A DNA stretch of 64,000 nt from Candidatus Hodarchaeota archaeon (GTDB lineage Archaea; Asgardarchaeota; Lokiarchaeia; Sigyniarchaeales; SOKP01). The position numbers and the translations under genes are program-made. Numbering within the stretch: position 1 is the stretch's first letter; each line of letters opens with the position of its first letter. The notes below the pieces were generated by a model. The model was not told the DNA's origin and searched no databases. It saw only the letters and a list, made by a program, of their open reading frames with translations. Shown piece after piece: positions 39,603 to 48,478 of this stretch. Location: contig JBHLJZ010000009.1 in NCBI GenBank assembly GCA_048887165.1, positions 693 to 64,692 on the forward strand. The letters are read 5' to 3'.

Positions 39603-40199
39603 ATGAATCAATCAGCAAAAAACAAGGATATTGTCTTCACAGGTCAGTATTTAGGAGTTGTAGAAGAATTTCTTCCTGATAAACAATCTACCTATGTTAA
39701 AGATGGTAAAATTTTTGCTACAAAAACAGGAATACTTCACATAGATAAAAATAAAAGAGAGATTGAAATTAAAAGTCATCAAGAAAAAGACAGAAAAACT
39801 GTTAAAATTGGAGATATTGTCATTGGAACTCTTATTTTTCTTAGACAATACTCTATTGGGTTAAATTTCCATACTATTAATAATAAAATTCATTTTAACA
39901 GTTCTTATTTAGGAAACATTCATGTATCTCAAATTTCGCATAAGTATATCGAAAAAATTTCGGATGCATTTCAATTAACCGATATAATTCGTGCGAAAGT
40001 TATTGATCAGAATCAGAATGAATTTGTTTTAAGTAGTGTAGGGAAAAATTTAGGAGTGATCCATGCTGACTGTGTTATATGTGGGACTGAACTTGAAAAA
40101 ATAGGAACGAATAAATTAAGATGTTCTAGATGTGGAAATATTGAAACACGGAAACTTGCCATTGATTATGGAAATGTATTAGAAAATTTAAGATATTAA
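39603..40199 (+). CDS. csl4: Exosome complex RNA-binding subunit Csl4
   Basis: N-terminal GQYLGVVEEFLPD, a central S1-like barrel, and a C-terminal Zn ribbon CVICG...CSRCG. Confidence 0.75.
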   Translation: MNQSAKNKDIVFTGQYLGVVEEFLPDKQSTYVKDGKIFATKTGILHIDKNKREIEIKSHQEKDRKTVKIGDIVIGTLIFLRQYSIGLNFHTINNKIHFNSSYLGNIHVSQISHKYIEKISDAFQLTDIIRAKVIDQNQNEFVLSSVGKNLGVIHADCVICGTELEKIGTNKLRCSRCGNIETRKLAIDYGNVLENLRY

Positions 40200-40243
40200 A
40201 GTTATTTTTTACTAAATTCAATTTTATAGAAGGGTTCTTTATC

Positions 40244-40465
40244 TTGACAAGAAAGGGAGGACGAAAAGTTATTCATTTTTACAATTCTTCCGGAAATATT
40301 GATAACCTTATCAATTTTTTAGAAAAAGTACAAGCAAAAATTAATTACCTTAATCTTAATTGCACAGTAGATGGTAAAAGTATCAAAATAACTTTATTTG
40401 GACCGAGAGATCTTCAATATTTAGCTCAGGAGAGGTTAAGGGAATTAGCTGAAAGATATTTATAA
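40244..40465 (+). CDS. Small hypothetical protein (73 aa)
   Basis: ORF with a TTG start between csl4 and rpoL on the same strand. No motif recognised. Confidence 0.35.
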   Translation: MTRKGGRKVIHFYNSSGNIDNLINFLEKVQAKINYLNLNCTVDGKSIKITLFGPRDLQYLAQERLRELAERYL

Positions 40466-40548
40466 AGAATTTCTGTTTAGAAAACAAAAAAAATTTATTT
40501 TATTCTATATTAGATCTATTAAAGTCGAAGATTTTGGTGTAATTTTTA

Positions 40549-41028
40549 GTGGCTAAAAAAAAAGTCGAACCTGAAGAAGAAGAAGATATTGATGATTTTG
40601 AAGATGATTCATTTGAAGATATCGAAAGTCATTATCCTAACCTTGAAGGAAAGAAAGTTTCAGAAATGAAAAGTATCGATGGTATTGAAGAAGAAATAGA
40701 AGAAGAAGAAGAATTTGAATTAGAACCTGAAGTTGAATTTCCAGAATACAAACATCTTGGGATAGAGATAAAGAAAGGTCTTAATGAAAATGATTATAAA
40801 GTAATAATTAAAGGACAATCTCATGGATTCTGCAATAGCTATGTCAAACATCTATTAAAGGTCGAGGGTATTATTATTTCATCCTATAAAATAACAAAGA
40901 TTGAACCTCCAGAAATATTTGTTCGAATTGAGAATGGTTATAAAATAAAAGATGTGTTATATAAGGGAATAGAAACTCTTAGAAGTGAAGTAGCTGAAGT
41001 TCAAGGAATATTCAAAAAACTTATGTAA
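40549..41028 (+). CDS. rpoL: RNA polymerase subunit L (Rpo11/Rpb11-like) with a ~70-aa acidic N-terminal extension
   Basis: The C-terminal 90 aa (EIKKGLNENDYKVIIKGQSHGFCNSYVKHLL...VRIENGYKIKDVLYKGIETLRSE) are collinear with archaeal RpoL as I recall it (EIEGEDHTLGN...KAIETVR). csl4-rpoL linkage is typical of archaea. GTG start. Confidence 0.65.
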   Translation: MAKKKVEPEEEEDIDDFEDDSFEDIESHYPNLEGKKVSEMKSIDGIEEEIEEEEEFELEPEVEFPEYKHLGIEIKKGLNENDYKVIIKGQSHGFCNSYVKHLLKVEGIIISSYKITKIEPPEIFVRIENGYKIKDVLYKGIETLRSEVAEVQGIFKKLM

Positions 41029-41082
41029 CTCCTATTTTGAACTATTTTTATGAAAACTTTATAAGAGCTAGTTATTCAACTA

Positions 41083-41535
41083 GTGTTAATGCCTTATGAG
41101 TTTTTATTAACAGATATAAATCAAAACCTAACGGAAAAAGCAATAGGAGCCGATAAAGGTTTAGCAAAAATTGGGGATAGCATCGTAAATTTGACTTATT
41201 CAGTTGCTAAATCTATTTATCTAACGAATAATAATTTAAATAGCAGAATTATAAGAACAGGGATGAAAGTAAGTAAAAAAATATTAGCAGAAGCTTTGAA
41301 AGAAGCTAACATGAAAATTTATGCAAAAACTAGAGCTGATTCGCATGATTTAGCAGATACGGTGGAAGCTTTAATCGCTTATATTTGGTTATCTGAAAAA
41401 ATGTCCACTAAGGAGATTATAGACTTTCTTGCTAATAATCTATCAGGTGATTTAAATAATAGAGTCGAGGAAGTCAATTCTGCCAGATCAGCATTTACAA
41501 GACTTTTAAAATTGATAAATAAAATTATACAATAA
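41083..41535 (+). CDS. RNase III-domain-like protein (Mini-III-like, single domain)
   Basis: GLAKIGDSIVNLTY resembles the RNase III signature (ERLEFLGD). HDLADTVEALIAYIW resembles the second catalytic block (aDxxEAliGAiy). 150 aa, no dsRBD. Confidence 0.5.
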   Translation: MLMPYEFLLTDINQNLTEKAIGADKGLAKIGDSIVNLTYSVAKSIYLTNNNLNSRIIRTGMKVSKKILAEALKEANMKIYAKTRADSHDLADTVEALIAYIWLSEKMSTKEIIDFLANNLSGDLNNRVEEVNSARSAFTRLLKLINKIIQ

Positions 41536-41542
41536 ATAAATT

Positions 41543-42103
41543 ATGAAAGTGGCTCCAATAAATATTGGATTTGATGACGCTAAATTCGAATTTAAATCAA
41601 CATATAACACTACTAGTTTAATAGGTGTTATTTGTCAAGGTATCAGAATGGTAGATTTCATAAGATCAGATATCACTATTGATGGGGATGATGCTACAGA
41701 TGCACTTATCTCTATTGTAAAGCAAAAAGAAAAACATATACAATATATTTTTACTGATTCTATTACATTCGCTGGATTCAACATCATTGATTTAGAAAAA
41801 ATCTTTAACCAAACAGGTAAACCGATTATTGCGATTACAGAAAAACTTGTCGATCTTGATGCAGTTAAAATTGCTTTAATCAAAAATTTTCCAGAAGATT
41901 TTAAAATGAAGTTTAATCACATTTTGAATGCGGGTTATTTATATGAAACTCAACTTGAAACTGCAGGCGGTTTTTCAAAAATTTTTTATCATTGTGTAGG
42001 AATAAAATCTGATAAAGTACAACCATTATTAGAAAAAGTCTGTGTTGATTCAAAACTTCCAGAATCTGTTCGGCTTGCTCATGTAATAGGGAAAGCTATT
42101 TAA
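41543..42103 (+). CDS. DUF99/UPF0215 family protein (endonuclease V-like fold)
   Basis: IGFDDAKF, LIGVICQG..MVDFIRSDITIDGDDATDAL and FAGFNIIDLEKIFNQTGKPIIAI match the DUF99 pattern. 7 nt after the previous stop. Confidence 0.7.
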   Translation: MKVAPINIGFDDAKFEFKSTYNTTSLIGVICQGIRMVDFIRSDITIDGDDATDALISIVKQKEKHIQYIFTDSITFAGFNIIDLEKIFNQTGKPIIAITEKLVDLDAVKIALIKNFPEDFKMKFNHILNAGYLYETQLETAGGFSKIFYHCVGIKSDKVQPLLEKVCVDSKLPESVRLAHVIGKAI

Positions 42104-42110
42104 TTTTCTT

Positions 42111-42542
42111 TTAAAATGTAGCAATCTCGTATTCTAAAATCTCCTTCATTCTTTCACGCAGTTCAGTTCTTATTGCGGACATTCCATATGTTTTTAATCC
42201 GCCAAGCCTTTTCTGCACTTCTTGAGCACTTAAAGCTCCAGGTAAATCTTGCTTGTTAGCGATAGCGATTATTTTAGTACCTAAACTGCGTTCAAACCTA
42301 TCATAAATTTCTTTTGTTCTTTTCACATTCTCTTCTGTTGAATCACAGACTAAAACAGCTAAACCAGCACCTCTTAGGAAATCTTGCCACATAAACTTAA
42401 ACCTTCTTTGACCAGCGAAATCCCAGATCGAACATTTCTTCCCATTTAACAGTGAATCTTCTACTTCTAACCCAACTGTAGGAATCCGTTCTTTTGAGAC
42501 GTCTCTCCCTTGTAATAAAGATAATAATGATGTTTTCCCCAC
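42111..42542 (-). CDS. Ras-superfamily small GTPase (true start uncertain; the P-loop begins upstream of the GTG at 42542)
   Basis: G2 PTVG, G3 WDFAGQ, G4 NKQD and SA. The frame stays open to 42593 and encodes KQKICLVGDTGV before the GKTSLL of the called start. Confidence 0.75.
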   Translation of the reverse strand: MGKTSLLSLLQGRDVSKERIPTVGLEVEDSLLNGKKCSIWDFAGQRRFKFMWQDFLRGAGLAVLVCDSTEENVKRTKEIYDRFERSLGTKIIAIANKQDLPGALSAQEVQKRLGGLKTYGMSAIRTELRERMKEILEYEIATF

Positions 42543-42827
42543 TCCAGTATCCCCTACAAGGCAAATCTTCTGTTTTGTTGTAAAAACTTTATATCAACCC
42601 TTTCTAATGCAACATTATGTTAATTAGAAAAGGCAAGAAATTGTTCAAAAATTAAAATAATATTGACATATCATGCGAATTTTATAATATAAATTCTATA
42701 TTATCAATTCAATAATGAGAAAGGTGTTGGATTTTTGAAAATATCCTCCTATTTATCTTTTTTATATTTACATAACATGAGATTTTAAATAAAAAGTAGA
42801 TTAAGGTAAGATTGAAAATAATTATCA

Positions 42828-43241
42828 GTGAATATTATGAATTTTTTACTTGATTTTATTGTTTCTAAAGAAGGTGGTAAAGTAATTTATAGCACTGATT
42901 CTAAATTAGATATTGTTAAGGATGTTCTTCTTTTTGGAGGTTTTTTAGAAGCTATAAATAATTGTTATAATCATGCGCTTATAGATGATTTGAAAAAGAT
43001 TGAAGGATGCCATTATCGAATATCATTTATGGTAAAAAAAGACTTTCAATTTATTGGTTTATCTTCTATAGAAACAGATCCCATATTCGTAAAAATGGAA
43101 TTTGAATATTACGCACACAAATTCACTAAACTTTTTCAAAATAAATTATCTAATATTTCTGATAATGATGTTCGTATATTCAGAAAATTTAATAAAGAAA
43201 TTCTGAATAAAAAAGCTATAGAACCATATGTTACGAGTTAA
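42828..43241 (+). CDS. Small longin/roadblock-like domain protein (putative GTPase regulator)
   Basis: 137 aa. The beta-beta-alpha-beta-beta-beta-alpha pattern is inferred from the sequence (FLLDFIVSKEGGKVIYS / LLFGGFLEAINN / CHYRISFMVKKDFQFIGLS / FVKMEFEYYAHKF), which resembles sigma-adaptin/longin proteins. Confidence 0.4.
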   Translation: MNIMNFLLDFIVSKEGGKVIYSTDSKLDIVKDVLLFGGFLEAINNCYNHALIDDLKKIEGCHYRISFMVKKDFQFIGLSSIETDPIFVKMEFEYYAHKFTKLFQNKLSNISDNDVRIFRKFNKEILNKKAIEPYVTS

Positions 43242-43335
43242 GATAAAATTTTTGATTATATTCTAATTCGTTTTAAAAAAATAATAGATTTGTAAAAAAA
43301 GATAATTTAATAAAAAAAAAGCAAAATTCTTTTCA

Positions 43336-44637
43336 TTAATCTCCTGTTTCTAGATCCTTAACTATTCCTACAGCTACAGTTCTGCCCATATCTCTTATAG
43401 CAAATCTCCCCATTTCAGCAAAATTTTCATATTTCTCGATGCAGATTTTCTTGATAGGCTGTAATTTGATTATTGCTGATTCATTCCTTTTGATAAATTT
43501 AGGAGAATCTTCAATAACTGCTCCTGTTTTTTGATCTAATTTTTTATTTAGTTCAGTAAATTTTGCTGCTATTTGTGCTGTATGAGCATGAATAACAGGA
43601 GTATATCCTTGAGCAATAGCAGTAGGGTGCCAAATAACAATAATCTGCCCCGTCCAATTGCCGCTTGGATTGACTACAGTTGGTACATTATTTGGATGTC
43701 CTAAACAATCTCCACGACCGACATCCTTCATTTCAAGACCTCTAATACTGAATCCTACGTTATCTCCTGGTTCTGCTTGAGGAATCTCTTCATGGTGCAT
43801 TTCGATACTGCGAATTTCTCCTTTGAACCCAGTTGGCATTATAACAATTTTATCTCCCTTTTTAAGAACTCCTGTTTCAACCCTTCCAACAGGAACAACA
43901 CCAGTACCTTTAATTCTATAAGCATCTTGAATAGGCAGACGTAAAGGTTTATCAGTAGGTTTTGGAGGAATTTCGAATTTATCAATAGCATCAATTAAAG
44001 ATGGTCCTTTATACCATGGCATTTTATCGCTAGCTTCAGTTAAATTATCTCCAGTCATACCACTCGTAGGTACAAATTCTATATTCTTAACATTATATCC
44101 TATTTGCTTAAGAAGATTGGATACAGATTCTTTACATTCATTAAATCTATCTTCGCTATAGTCATAATTATCTGCTTTATTTATAGCAACACAGATTTGT
44201 TTTACGCCTAAAGTTTGAGCTAAATAAGCGTGTTCTCGAGTTTGACCATTTGCTGCAACTCCAACTTCCATTTCGCCTTTCTTACCAGAAACGACTAAAA
44301 TTGCAGCATCTGCTTGTGAAGCACCTGTGATCATATTTTTTACGAAGTCAGCATGACCAGGAGCATCTATTATTGTGAAATATTTCGATTTAGTCTCAAA
44401 TTTTCTAAATGCGAGATCAATCGTGATTCCACGCTGTCGTTCTTCCTTCAATCTATCAAATACATAAGCGTAAGACCAGGAAGGACGATCGTATTCTTTA
44501 GCAATTTTTTCTAATTCTCTTGCTTCTCTATCTGAAATAGCACCAGTTTTGATGAGTAAAGCGCCCATCATGGTAGACTTACCGTGATCTATGTGCCCGA
44601 TTATTACCAAATTCAAATGAGGTTTATCTGTTGGCAT
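43336..44637 (-). CDS. tuf: Translation elongation factor 1-alpha
   Basis: GHIDHGKST, DAPGH, NKAD, 433 aa. Confidence 0.95.
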   Translation of the reverse strand: MPTDKPHLNLVIIGHIDHGKSTMMGALLIKTGAISDREARELEKIAKEYDRPSWSYAYVFDRLKEERQRGITIDLAFRKFETKSKYFTIIDAPGHADFVKNMITGASQADAAILVVSGKKGEMEVGVAANGQTREHAYLAQTLGVKQICVAINKADNYDYSEDRFNECKESVSNLLKQIGYNVKNIEFVPTSGMTGDNLTEASDKMPWYKGPSLIDAIDKFEIPPKPTDKPLRLPIQDAYRIKGTGVVPVGRVETGVLKKGDKIVIMPTGFKGEIRSIEMHHEEIPQAEPGDNVGFSIRGLEMKDVGRGDCLGHPNNVPTVVNPSGNWTGQIIVIWHPTAIAQGYTPVIHAHTAQIAAKFTELNKKLDQKTGAVIEDSPKFIKRNESAIIKLQPIKKICIEKYENFAEMGRFAIRDMGRTVAVGIVKDLETGD

Positions 44638-44806
44638 AATTCATCAATTTCCTCTATTTTTTATTTAATTAATTAATTTTGAATAGTATACATATTTAGA
44701 TTAAATGATAACTACTTTAATGATATCCAATATATATTTTTTACTATAATTTTTTGGTATGTTTCTAGGGGGATGATTTGTAGTTAGATTTTTTATCTGG
44801 TTTTCA

Positions 44807-45214
44807 TTAACCATCTTTTTTTTTAGAATCCATTAAATATTCACCTTGAAGATCATTATAAAGTTCTTCCCTATTTTCCTTTAATAAAAGAAATATATCA
44901 TTTAGTTCATTTTGAAATTTAATTCTTTTGCCACACTCATCAATAAATTCTTTAACAACTTTTTCTTGTAAGAATTTTTTAAAGACAAGATCAAGGTTAG
45001 AAATATCAAATCTTGTTTCTTTGAAGTAATCTAGTAAATGGTGTAGGTAAAAAGCTTTGATATAAAGATAGTTACTGCTATATTTCTTCTCTAAATCTTT
45101 TTGATAAAAGAATTTTAATTGTCTTATTAAGATACCATCATCATCATTAAATAGTATCCTTTTATCTTCGTAATTAAAAGCCCATTCAGTGCCGAAATCG
45201 ATATTCCTATCCAC
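44807..45214 (-). CDS. Hypothetical protein (135 aa)
   Basis: ORF with a GTG start. No motif recognised. Confidence 0.4.
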   Translation of the reverse strand: MDRNIDFGTEWAFNYEDKRILFNDDDGILIRQLKFFYQKDLEKKYSSNYLYIKAFYLHHLLDYFKETRFDISNLDLVFKKFLQEKVVKEFIDECGKRIKFQNELNDIFLLLKENREELYNDLQGEYLMDSKKKDG

Positions 45215-45441
45215 ATAATTAGCGATTAATCTATCAATTCCCGCCTTCTCAGACCACTTATTATGAATATCCCAATTTGGTATTTTTTGCTCACTTAAAG
45301 AAATAAATAAATTATATATTTCTTAAAAAATGAAAATAAAAATAAAGTTTAGGTTAAAAGATAATAAACATAAAAAAATATTGATCCTTAATTATTAATA
45401 AGGATACTAAAAATAAATACAAAAATCTTAAGTTAGGAACC

Positions 45442-46266
45442 ATGGTAAGAAGTAGGACACCCTTTCCAAAAGAAGGAGAATTTATAATCGGAAGAGTTGC
45501 GGAAGTTCAGCAACAATATGTCTATGTTGAATTAGTTGATTATGAAGGGTTGCCTTCTGAACCTTCTGCAAGAGGAATGATTCATATTAGTGAAATATCA
45601 AGTCGATGGATAAAAAATATTAGAAACTTTGTGAGGGTTGGACAAAGAATTGTCTGTAGAGTGTTACGAGTTGATCCTGACAAAGGACATATAGATTTGT
45701 CTTTAAGACGGGTGAATTCTGCACAGAAAGAAAATAGAATGAAAGAATGGAAGTATGCTCAGAAATTTGAAAATTTACTCCAATTTTTAACAGAAACTGA
45801 TGGAGTTAATATGAGTTTAGATGAAGCTTATAACTTATTAGGGTGGCCTGTTTTAGAAAAATTCGCTTCATATCAAGAAACTGTTGAAGCACTTAAGGAA
45901 AATGGAGAAGATTTACTTATATCTATTGATGGGATTCCTGAAGAAACGAAAAATGCCTTTTTAAAAATAATTGATGAAAATGTAGAAATATCAACAGTAA
46001 ATATTATAGGAAAAATAAAATTGATAATTCCAGATGGAGATGGTATTGAAAAAATCAAAGATACATTAGGTGAGATTATGAACACAATAAAAAAACCAAA
46101 AGAAACAAGAAAATTGAACTTATCATATCTTGGAGCCCCTTTTTATAGATTGGAGATCGTTTCTAAAGATTATTTGGATGCTGAAAATATATTATCTGAA
46201 GCAATGGAAATCTTAGATCAAAGATCTAAGCAATATGGGAGCACTTATGAATTTATACGAGATTAA
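45442..46266 (+). CDS. eif2a: Translation initiation factor aIF2 alpha subunit
   Basis: N-terminal S1 domain (GEFIIGRV...GMIHISEISSRWIKNIRNFVRVGQ...DLSLRRV). 274 aa. Confidence 0.9.
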   Translation: MVRSRTPFPKEGEFIIGRVAEVQQQYVYVELVDYEGLPSEPSARGMIHISEISSRWIKNIRNFVRVGQRIVCRVLRVDPDKGHIDLSLRRVNSAQKENRMKEWKYAQKFENLLQFLTETDGVNMSLDEAYNLLGWPVLEKFASYQETVEALKENGEDLLISIDGIPEETKNAFLKIIDENVEISTVNIIGKIKLIIPDGDGIEKIKDTLGEIMNTIKKPKETRKLNLSYLGAPFYRLEIVSKDYLDAENILSEAMEILDQRSKQYGSTYEFIRD

Positions 46267-46297
46267 CCGTTGATTCAAAAAAAATTTATAACAAATT

Positions 46298-46483
46298 ATG
46301 ACGAAATATCTTCTAAAATGTAAAGAGTGTAAAAGATACGGATTACATAATCCAGAACTAAAGTGTAAATATTGTGGTGGGCAGTTAATAATCCCACGTC
46401 CTCCAAAATTTTCATTAGTTGATAAATTTGCTAAATATCGTATTCAATATTTTAAAGATGAATTTAAAAAAAGATTCGAATAA
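46298..46483 (+). CDS. nop10: H/ACA RNP protein Nop10
   Basis: 61 aa, CKEC...CKYCG ribbon, PPKFSLVDKFAKYR. Conserved position after aIF2alpha. Confidence 0.85.
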   Translation: MTKYLLKCKECKRYGLHNPELKCKYCGGQLIIPRPPKFSLVDKFAKYRIQYFKDEFKKRFE

Positions 46484-46485
46484 AT

Positions 46486-47157
46486 TTATGGAATTTCTAT
46501 TTTCTTCGCAAATTTTTCATATATTAATATCTTAGCATTTTTATATGGTAAATTAGCTACGTCATTTTCTTCAAAAGGACCATAATTAATTAAGTCTATT
46601 CCCACCAAGGGTGGTGCTTTCTTAATAAATCGAACTAAGGTATAATTATATTCTATTTCTTGTTGTTCTTCAACAACTTCCTTAGTTTGTGAAGAGTGCT
46701 CTTTAATGATTTGTTTCAGTTGTTCTACTTTACTTTCTTCTTCTATTTGTAATATCTTCTGATCTTGTTCTTCCAAAGGTTTTTCAAATTCCTCATAAAG
46801 AGTAAAAGCCTTTAATTTTTGAAAGCCTTTAATCGCACTTACCAAATTCTGATAAAATAATTTTTCAGATTCGATCACCACTTTAAGATCAATTTCCTTT
46901 AGTGATAACGCAGCATTAATTAATTTAACTTCTCTAATTCTTAAAAAATCCTTAAAAAGATAATCAATATTTTTTTTATAAGAATCTAATAATTGACTTT
47001 TAATCTCCTCTTTCTGATTTAGAGGATAATCATTAATATCTTTAAAAATTCTTTTATAATCTTTAAAATTCTCTTCCGATAAAGGCGTTAAATTAACATT
47101 TTCAAATTCTTTGAGCCATTGTTCATACAGTTTATTGTATTCTTTTTCTAAGTCCAT
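46486..47157 (-). CDS. GINS subunit (Gins51/Gins15 type)
   Basis: Helical A-domain (FLRIREVKLINAAL). C-terminal B-domain (VRFIKKAPPLVGIDLINYGPFEENDVANLPYKNAKILI). Sits immediately downstream of priS, as is known for archaeal gins15. Confidence 0.65.
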   Translation of the reverse strand: MDLEKEYNKLYEQWLKEFENVNLTPLSEENFKDYKRIFKDINDYPLNQKEEIKSQLLDSYKKNIDYLFKDFLRIREVKLINAALSLKEIDLKVVIESEKLFYQNLVSAIKGFQKLKAFTLYEEFEKPLEEQDQKILQIEEESKVEQLKQIIKEHSSQTKEVVEEQQEIEYNYTLVRFIKKAPPLVGIDLINYGPFEENDVANLPYKNAKILIYEKFAKKIEIP

Positions 47158-47218
47158 ATGAATCGATATTATTTAAATGATTATATTAAAGAAGTATATT
47201 GAAAAATAAAATATTATC

Positions 47219-48478
47219 TCAAATTATTTTAGCAACTTCTTTACATAATAAAAAGACAGCAATATGATGAGGGATATTTATAATTTCATCTTTTTTGTAT
47301 GGTCCAAAAATTTCTCCTTTAATCTTAATAGCTGGAACTACTTTTTCTATTATTTTATATTTTTTCAAATTTTCTTGTTCACTTATAAAAATAATAGGAT
47401 CTATATCTTGATTTTTTTCGTCTAAAGGGTTAAAATCTTCAAGTTGTTTTAAATTAAGTTGTTGAACTCTAAATCCTGTTTTTCCATGTAAAGAACCAGG
47501 ATATCTAATAAGTCTATGAACGTCAATAGAAACCGGTTTATCAATTTCTGCTCCAACTTCTTTAATTATTCCATCTAAAAATTTATGCCACGTTTTTAAT
47601 CCTAATCCTTCAATCTCCCAGAGGCTTTTCAAAAAAGATTCCTTATTATTTACTATATATTCAATGATTTTTGTATTGAGACCAAATTTTTCTTGCCTTA
47701 ATAAATCAATAATAACATCTCTTGGATAATTCAAAAGAATATGTTTAATTTTTTTAACAATTTTTTGAGACCAACCAACATTTTGTTCTAATAAACCAAT
47801 ATCTGAGCCTAATTCGTCTAAACCTAATATATCATATGAGATGTTATCACCTGTTAAATAATCAACAATTTCTCTTCTTTCAGAACTTGATATCTTTCTC
47901 ATTTTTTGATTTTCAATTTTCAAATGGTATCCTCTATGTCCTGAAAATGCAATTTTTAAATCCTTTTCTTCAATTCCGAAATCTGGGACAAGAAAATCTT
48001 GGACTAATTTAAGGATTTCATTCTTTGCAACATTTAAGCAATCATCACAGATCCAAGATAGGTTTTGAATGTTAGTTTTTCCACATTTCGTGCATTTATC
48101 AGGAGGCATTCCAATTCCATTATTTTCACAGTCTTTACAATACCATAAGTCATGATGATTTTTACAGGGAGTAAAAAAGTGATCAACGTCAATATCAATC
48201 AAAAAATCACAGCCTAAATATCCTTTTTCACTCATATTCGGATTACCAGGATCATTATATAATGTTCCACTCGAAAACAAATGCTTAGGAGGATTTTTGA
48301 TTAAATAGTTTTTTAAATCTTCAGGTTCTCTAAAATTTTTATGTCGTATCATCATCATTTTATCCCATGGTATAAATCCAAATTCTCTTTGATTATATAA
48401 ATTAACCAAAGGGATTTCATTTTTTTTTTGTTTGTAATAAGCTTGAAATAACCGTTGTAAATAATTAATCTCCTTCAT
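47219..48478 (-). CDS. priS: DNA primase small (catalytic) subunit PriS
   Basis: REFGF...RH, FLIDIDVDH, a Zn-knuckle cysteines cluster, SGHRGYH. Confidence 0.9.
   Translation of the reverse strand: MKEINYLQRLFQAYYKQKKNEIPLVNLYNQREFGFIPWDKMMMIRHKNFREPEDLKNYLIKNPPKHLFSSGTLYNDPGNPNMSEKGYLGCDFLIDIDVDHFFTPCKNHHDLWYCKDCENNGIGMPPDKCTKCGKTNIQNLSWICDDCLNVAKNEILKLVQDFLVPDFGIEEKDLKIAFSGHRGYHLKIENQKMRKISSSERREIVDYLTGDNISYDILGLDELGSDIGLLEQNVGWSQKIVKKIKHILLNYPRDVIIDLLRQEKFGLNTKIIEYIVNNKESFLKSLWEIEGLGLKTWHKFLDGIIKEVGAEIDKPVSIDVHRLIRYPGSLHGKTGFRVQQLNLKQLEDFNPLDEKNQDIDPIIFISEQENLKKYKIIEKVVPAIKIKGEIFGPYKKDEIINIPHHIAVFLLCKEVAKII

Noticed and set aside
45215-45322. An open frame extending 36 codons upstream of the GTG start of the 44807..45214 gene, without any canonical start
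   Set aside because: By rough estimate, a stop-free run of this length has about a 5% chance in this composition. The stretch also contains a TATA-like ATATATAATTTATT on the coding strand. It is more likely 5' UTR/promoter than coding.
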